Below are positions 61,817 to 64,000 of a stretch of DNA of 64,000 bases, piece by piece (the first letter of the stretch is position 1; every line of letters begins with the position of its first letter). Made by a program: the position numbers and the translations under genes. Origin of the DNA: an uncultured delta proteobacterium (GTDB taxonomy: Bacteria > Desulfobacterota > RBG-13-43-22); the NCBI GenBank assembly GCA_963743305.1, contig CAVUPH010000013.1, positions 32,001 to 96,000 of the forward strand, given 5' to 3'. The notes under the pieces are model-generated. The model ran no database searches, had not been told where the DNA came from, and saw only the letters and a program-made list of their open reading frames with translations.

Positions 61817-63161
61817 ATGATGACAATTTTGGAAGCAGACAGCGAAAAAATATTGGAACCCCCTGATGGAGCGCCTTCCGCAGGAGCACTTGCGCGCCCT
61901 TCAGCTTCGGAAGTTCAAAAAAGTCCTTACCTGGGCCTATGAGCGGTCAAAGTTCCATCGCCGCCTGTATCAGGAAGCCGGGTTGGAACCGGGAGATATC
62001 CGGACTTATGAGGATATTCCAAAAGTTCCTAAGGTGGAAAAGTCGATGATGCGCGAAATCCAGCGCAAAGACCCTTTCCCCTACGGGGAAGCCCTCTGCG
62101 TCCCTTTGGAAGAGGTGGTCGAATTTCGGCAGACCAGCGGCACCACGGGACAGCCGGTATATCAGCCGGATACCTGGCAGGACTGGGAGTGGTGGGCCGA
62201 ATCCTGGGCCACTATCCTCTATGCCCAGGGGTTTCGCAAGACCGACCGGGTCTTCCTGCCCTTCGGTTATAATGTCTTTGTGGCCTTCTGGGCCGCTCAC
62301 TACGCGGCGGAAAAATTGGGTTGCGAAGTGGTGCCCGGAGGGGTTTTGGACACGGCCGCCCGGATCCTCAAGATTCAGGAGCTCAGGGCCTCGGCCATGA
62401 TGGCCACTCCGAGCTATGTTCTGACCATGGCCGATACGGCTAAAAGCCGTTTGAACATCACCCCTTCCAAAGACCTGACCATCAGAAGGATCGTCTGCGC
62501 CGGTGAACCCGGGGCCAGTATCCCCGGCACCCGGAAGCGGATGGAAGAGGCCTGGGGAGCCAAGGTCTTTGATCATGTAGGGGCCACTGAAATCGGGGCC
62601 TGGGGATTCGAATGTCAGGAGCAATCCGGGATTCATATTAATGAAGCCCTTTTCCTGGTGGAAATCGAGGACCTGATCACCGGGAAAACAATCACCGCTC
62701 CGGGCCAAAGAGGGAAAATGGTCATCACGGCCCTGGACCGTATGGCCCAGCCCTGTATCCGCTTTGATTCCAAGGACGTGGTGGAATGGGCCGGGGCCTC
62801 TTGTGCCTGCGGCCGGACCTTCCGATTGTTTAAGGGGGGGGTCTCCGGTCGGGCCGACGACATCACCAAAGTCAAGGGGGTGTTGCTGTCTCCATCGGCC
62901 ATCGAGGAGGTGGTGCGCGGTTTTCCCGAATTGGCAGATGAATATGAGGTGCTGGTGACCAAGAAGGGCGATACGGACGAAATTACCCTGAAGGTGGAAA
63001 CCTCGCCGGGCCAGGAAGGGAATCAAAAAGAAATCCTGGCTCGTTTGAAGGACCGGTTGAGACTCCAGACCAACTTGAATTATCTGATCGAGTTTCATCC
63101 TTTCCAAAGTCTGCCCCGGCCCGAAGGCAAGGCCCGGAGGTTTAAGGATTTGCGGAAGTAA
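61817..63161 (+). CDS. paaK: phenylacetate--CoA ligase family protein (probable extra A near 61850)
   Basis: QTSGTTGQP, AGEPG, DHVGATE, GRADDITKVKGV. The YWNPL N-terminus matches the paralog. Confidence 0.88.
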
Positions 63162-63239
63162 AAAGCAGTCCCATTTTCGTGTTTCGCGGCGCCCCACAGG
63201 GGCATTGGGATTTAAAAGGAAGAAAGCGGGGGGACACCC

Positions 63240-63419
63240 ATGAATCAACAGGAACGTGAAGGCCTTGAAAAAATGAATGACCGAATCCAGATCATCAAAA
63301 AGGCCGCTTTGGAATTGAAAAATCTATCGGAGGGTGTCCAGGCCGCGGAATGCAATGCGAAGCGGATTCTGGCCAGTATAAAAATGCTGGAATTAAATTT
63401 CAGCGACCTCCTGGGGTGA
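63240..63419 (+). CDS. 59-aa helical protein downstream of paaK (below the ORF-track cutoff)
   Basis: MNQQEREGLEKMNDRIQIIKKAALELKNLSEGVQAAECNAKRILASIKMLELNFSDLLG. Confidence 0.72.
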   Translation: MNQQEREGLEKMNDRIQIIKKAALELKNLSEGVQAAECNAKRILASIKMLELNFSDLLG

Positions 63420-63627
63420 GCTCATCCTTAAGAAGGATTTTTCCCCTTGACAATCTTCCTTCTTCGGTAAAAATTATACTTTCAAAAATAACTATAATGT
63501 GATTACCAGATAATCAAATAACTCTTAAAGAAAGGGAGGTGAGATAAGGTTTAAACTATGGGGCGTCCTGTGAAACGGTAGGTTTAAACGGTTTCAGTTG
63601 ACAAACTATCACTTAAGGAGGTTGATC

Positions 63628-64000
63628 ATGTTTAAAAAGGGGTTGATTTTTTTTATCGGAAGTTTTTTTATGTTTTCCTTTCTTCTGACCGGGGGCGGTT
63701 TTTCCCAAACCAAGCCGGTTACCCTTACCTATTCCACTTTCTTCCCGGCCACTCACACCCACACCCTGCTCTCCAGCGAATGGGCCAAAGAGATTGAAAA
63801 AAGGACCAACGGTGCGGTAAAGATTAACCTGTTTCCCGGGGCCACCCTTACTCCGCCCAATCAGGCCTACGACGGCGTGGTCAAAGGCATTTCCGATATC
63901 GCCTTGTCGGTCTTCAGTTACACCCCCGGCCGTTTTCCCCTGATGGAACTCATTGACATGCCCCTGGGATACAAGTCCGCCCTTCAGGCCACCCACCTGT
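63628..64000 (+). CDS. TRAP substrate-binding protein DctP, partial
   Basis: AAGGAGG RBS; LTYSTFFPATH, EIEKRTNG.VKI.LFPG, YTPGRFP. Confidence 0.88.
   Translation, partial: MFKKGLIFFIGSFFMFSFLLTGGGFSQTKPVTLTYSTFFPATHTHTLLSSEWAKEIEKRTNGAVKINLFPGATLTPPNQAYDGVVKGISDIALSVFSYTPGRFPLMELIDMPLGYKSALQATHL

Noticed and set aside
3790-61860. Many frameshifts (cbiO, NTase pair, secreted protein, proC, TPR, mltB, OFOR gamma, GltD-like, glcD, glcF, paaK) read as programmed frameshifting or mass pseudogenisation
   Set aside because: They are single-base indels, often at short homopolymers, hit housekeeping genes too, and come without nonsense decay. Long-read consensus error is the simplest explanation; read polishing would decide.

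Overview
This is a 64 kb chromosomal window from an anaerobic, GC-rich bacterium. The gene content (IorAB, OFOR subunits, FrhB-family protein, TRAP systems, a selenoprotein) suggests Desulfobacterota; this is inference. Core and metabolic loci: a Ni/Co ECF transporter operon, iorAB, emrAB, valS, proC, purC, a DEAD-box helicase, typA, tRNA-Pro(GGG), tRNA-Arg(CCT), and a large aryl-acetate catabolic region (two phenylacetate-CoA ligases, a 2-oxoacid oxidoreductase with a GltD-like/ferredoxin fusion, TRAP, GlcD/F-like genes, GntR, IclR). About 15 genes carry single-base frameshifts, most likely long-read consensus errors. Signals missed by the ORF track: (1) an 80-codon glutaredoxin-like gene with two in-frame UGA codons and SECIS-like hairpins, translationally coupled to iorB; (2) an integrase-less integron cassette array (two attC sites; DUF2442, Mrr and an unknown Zn-ribbon membrane protein) inside a defence/TA islet downstream of tRNA-Pro; (3) an internally deleted HigB toxin; (4) paralogous ~60 aa proteins after both paaK genes, plus a deletion scar of a molybdoenzyme gene; (5) exported proteins with a Chloroflexota-like xFLPxIxK tag; (6) a terminator-containing leader on the nik/cbi operon; (7) several families of intergenic palindromic elements, including a MITE-like shell with exchangeable cargo. 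All family assignments come from motif recognition, not database searches.
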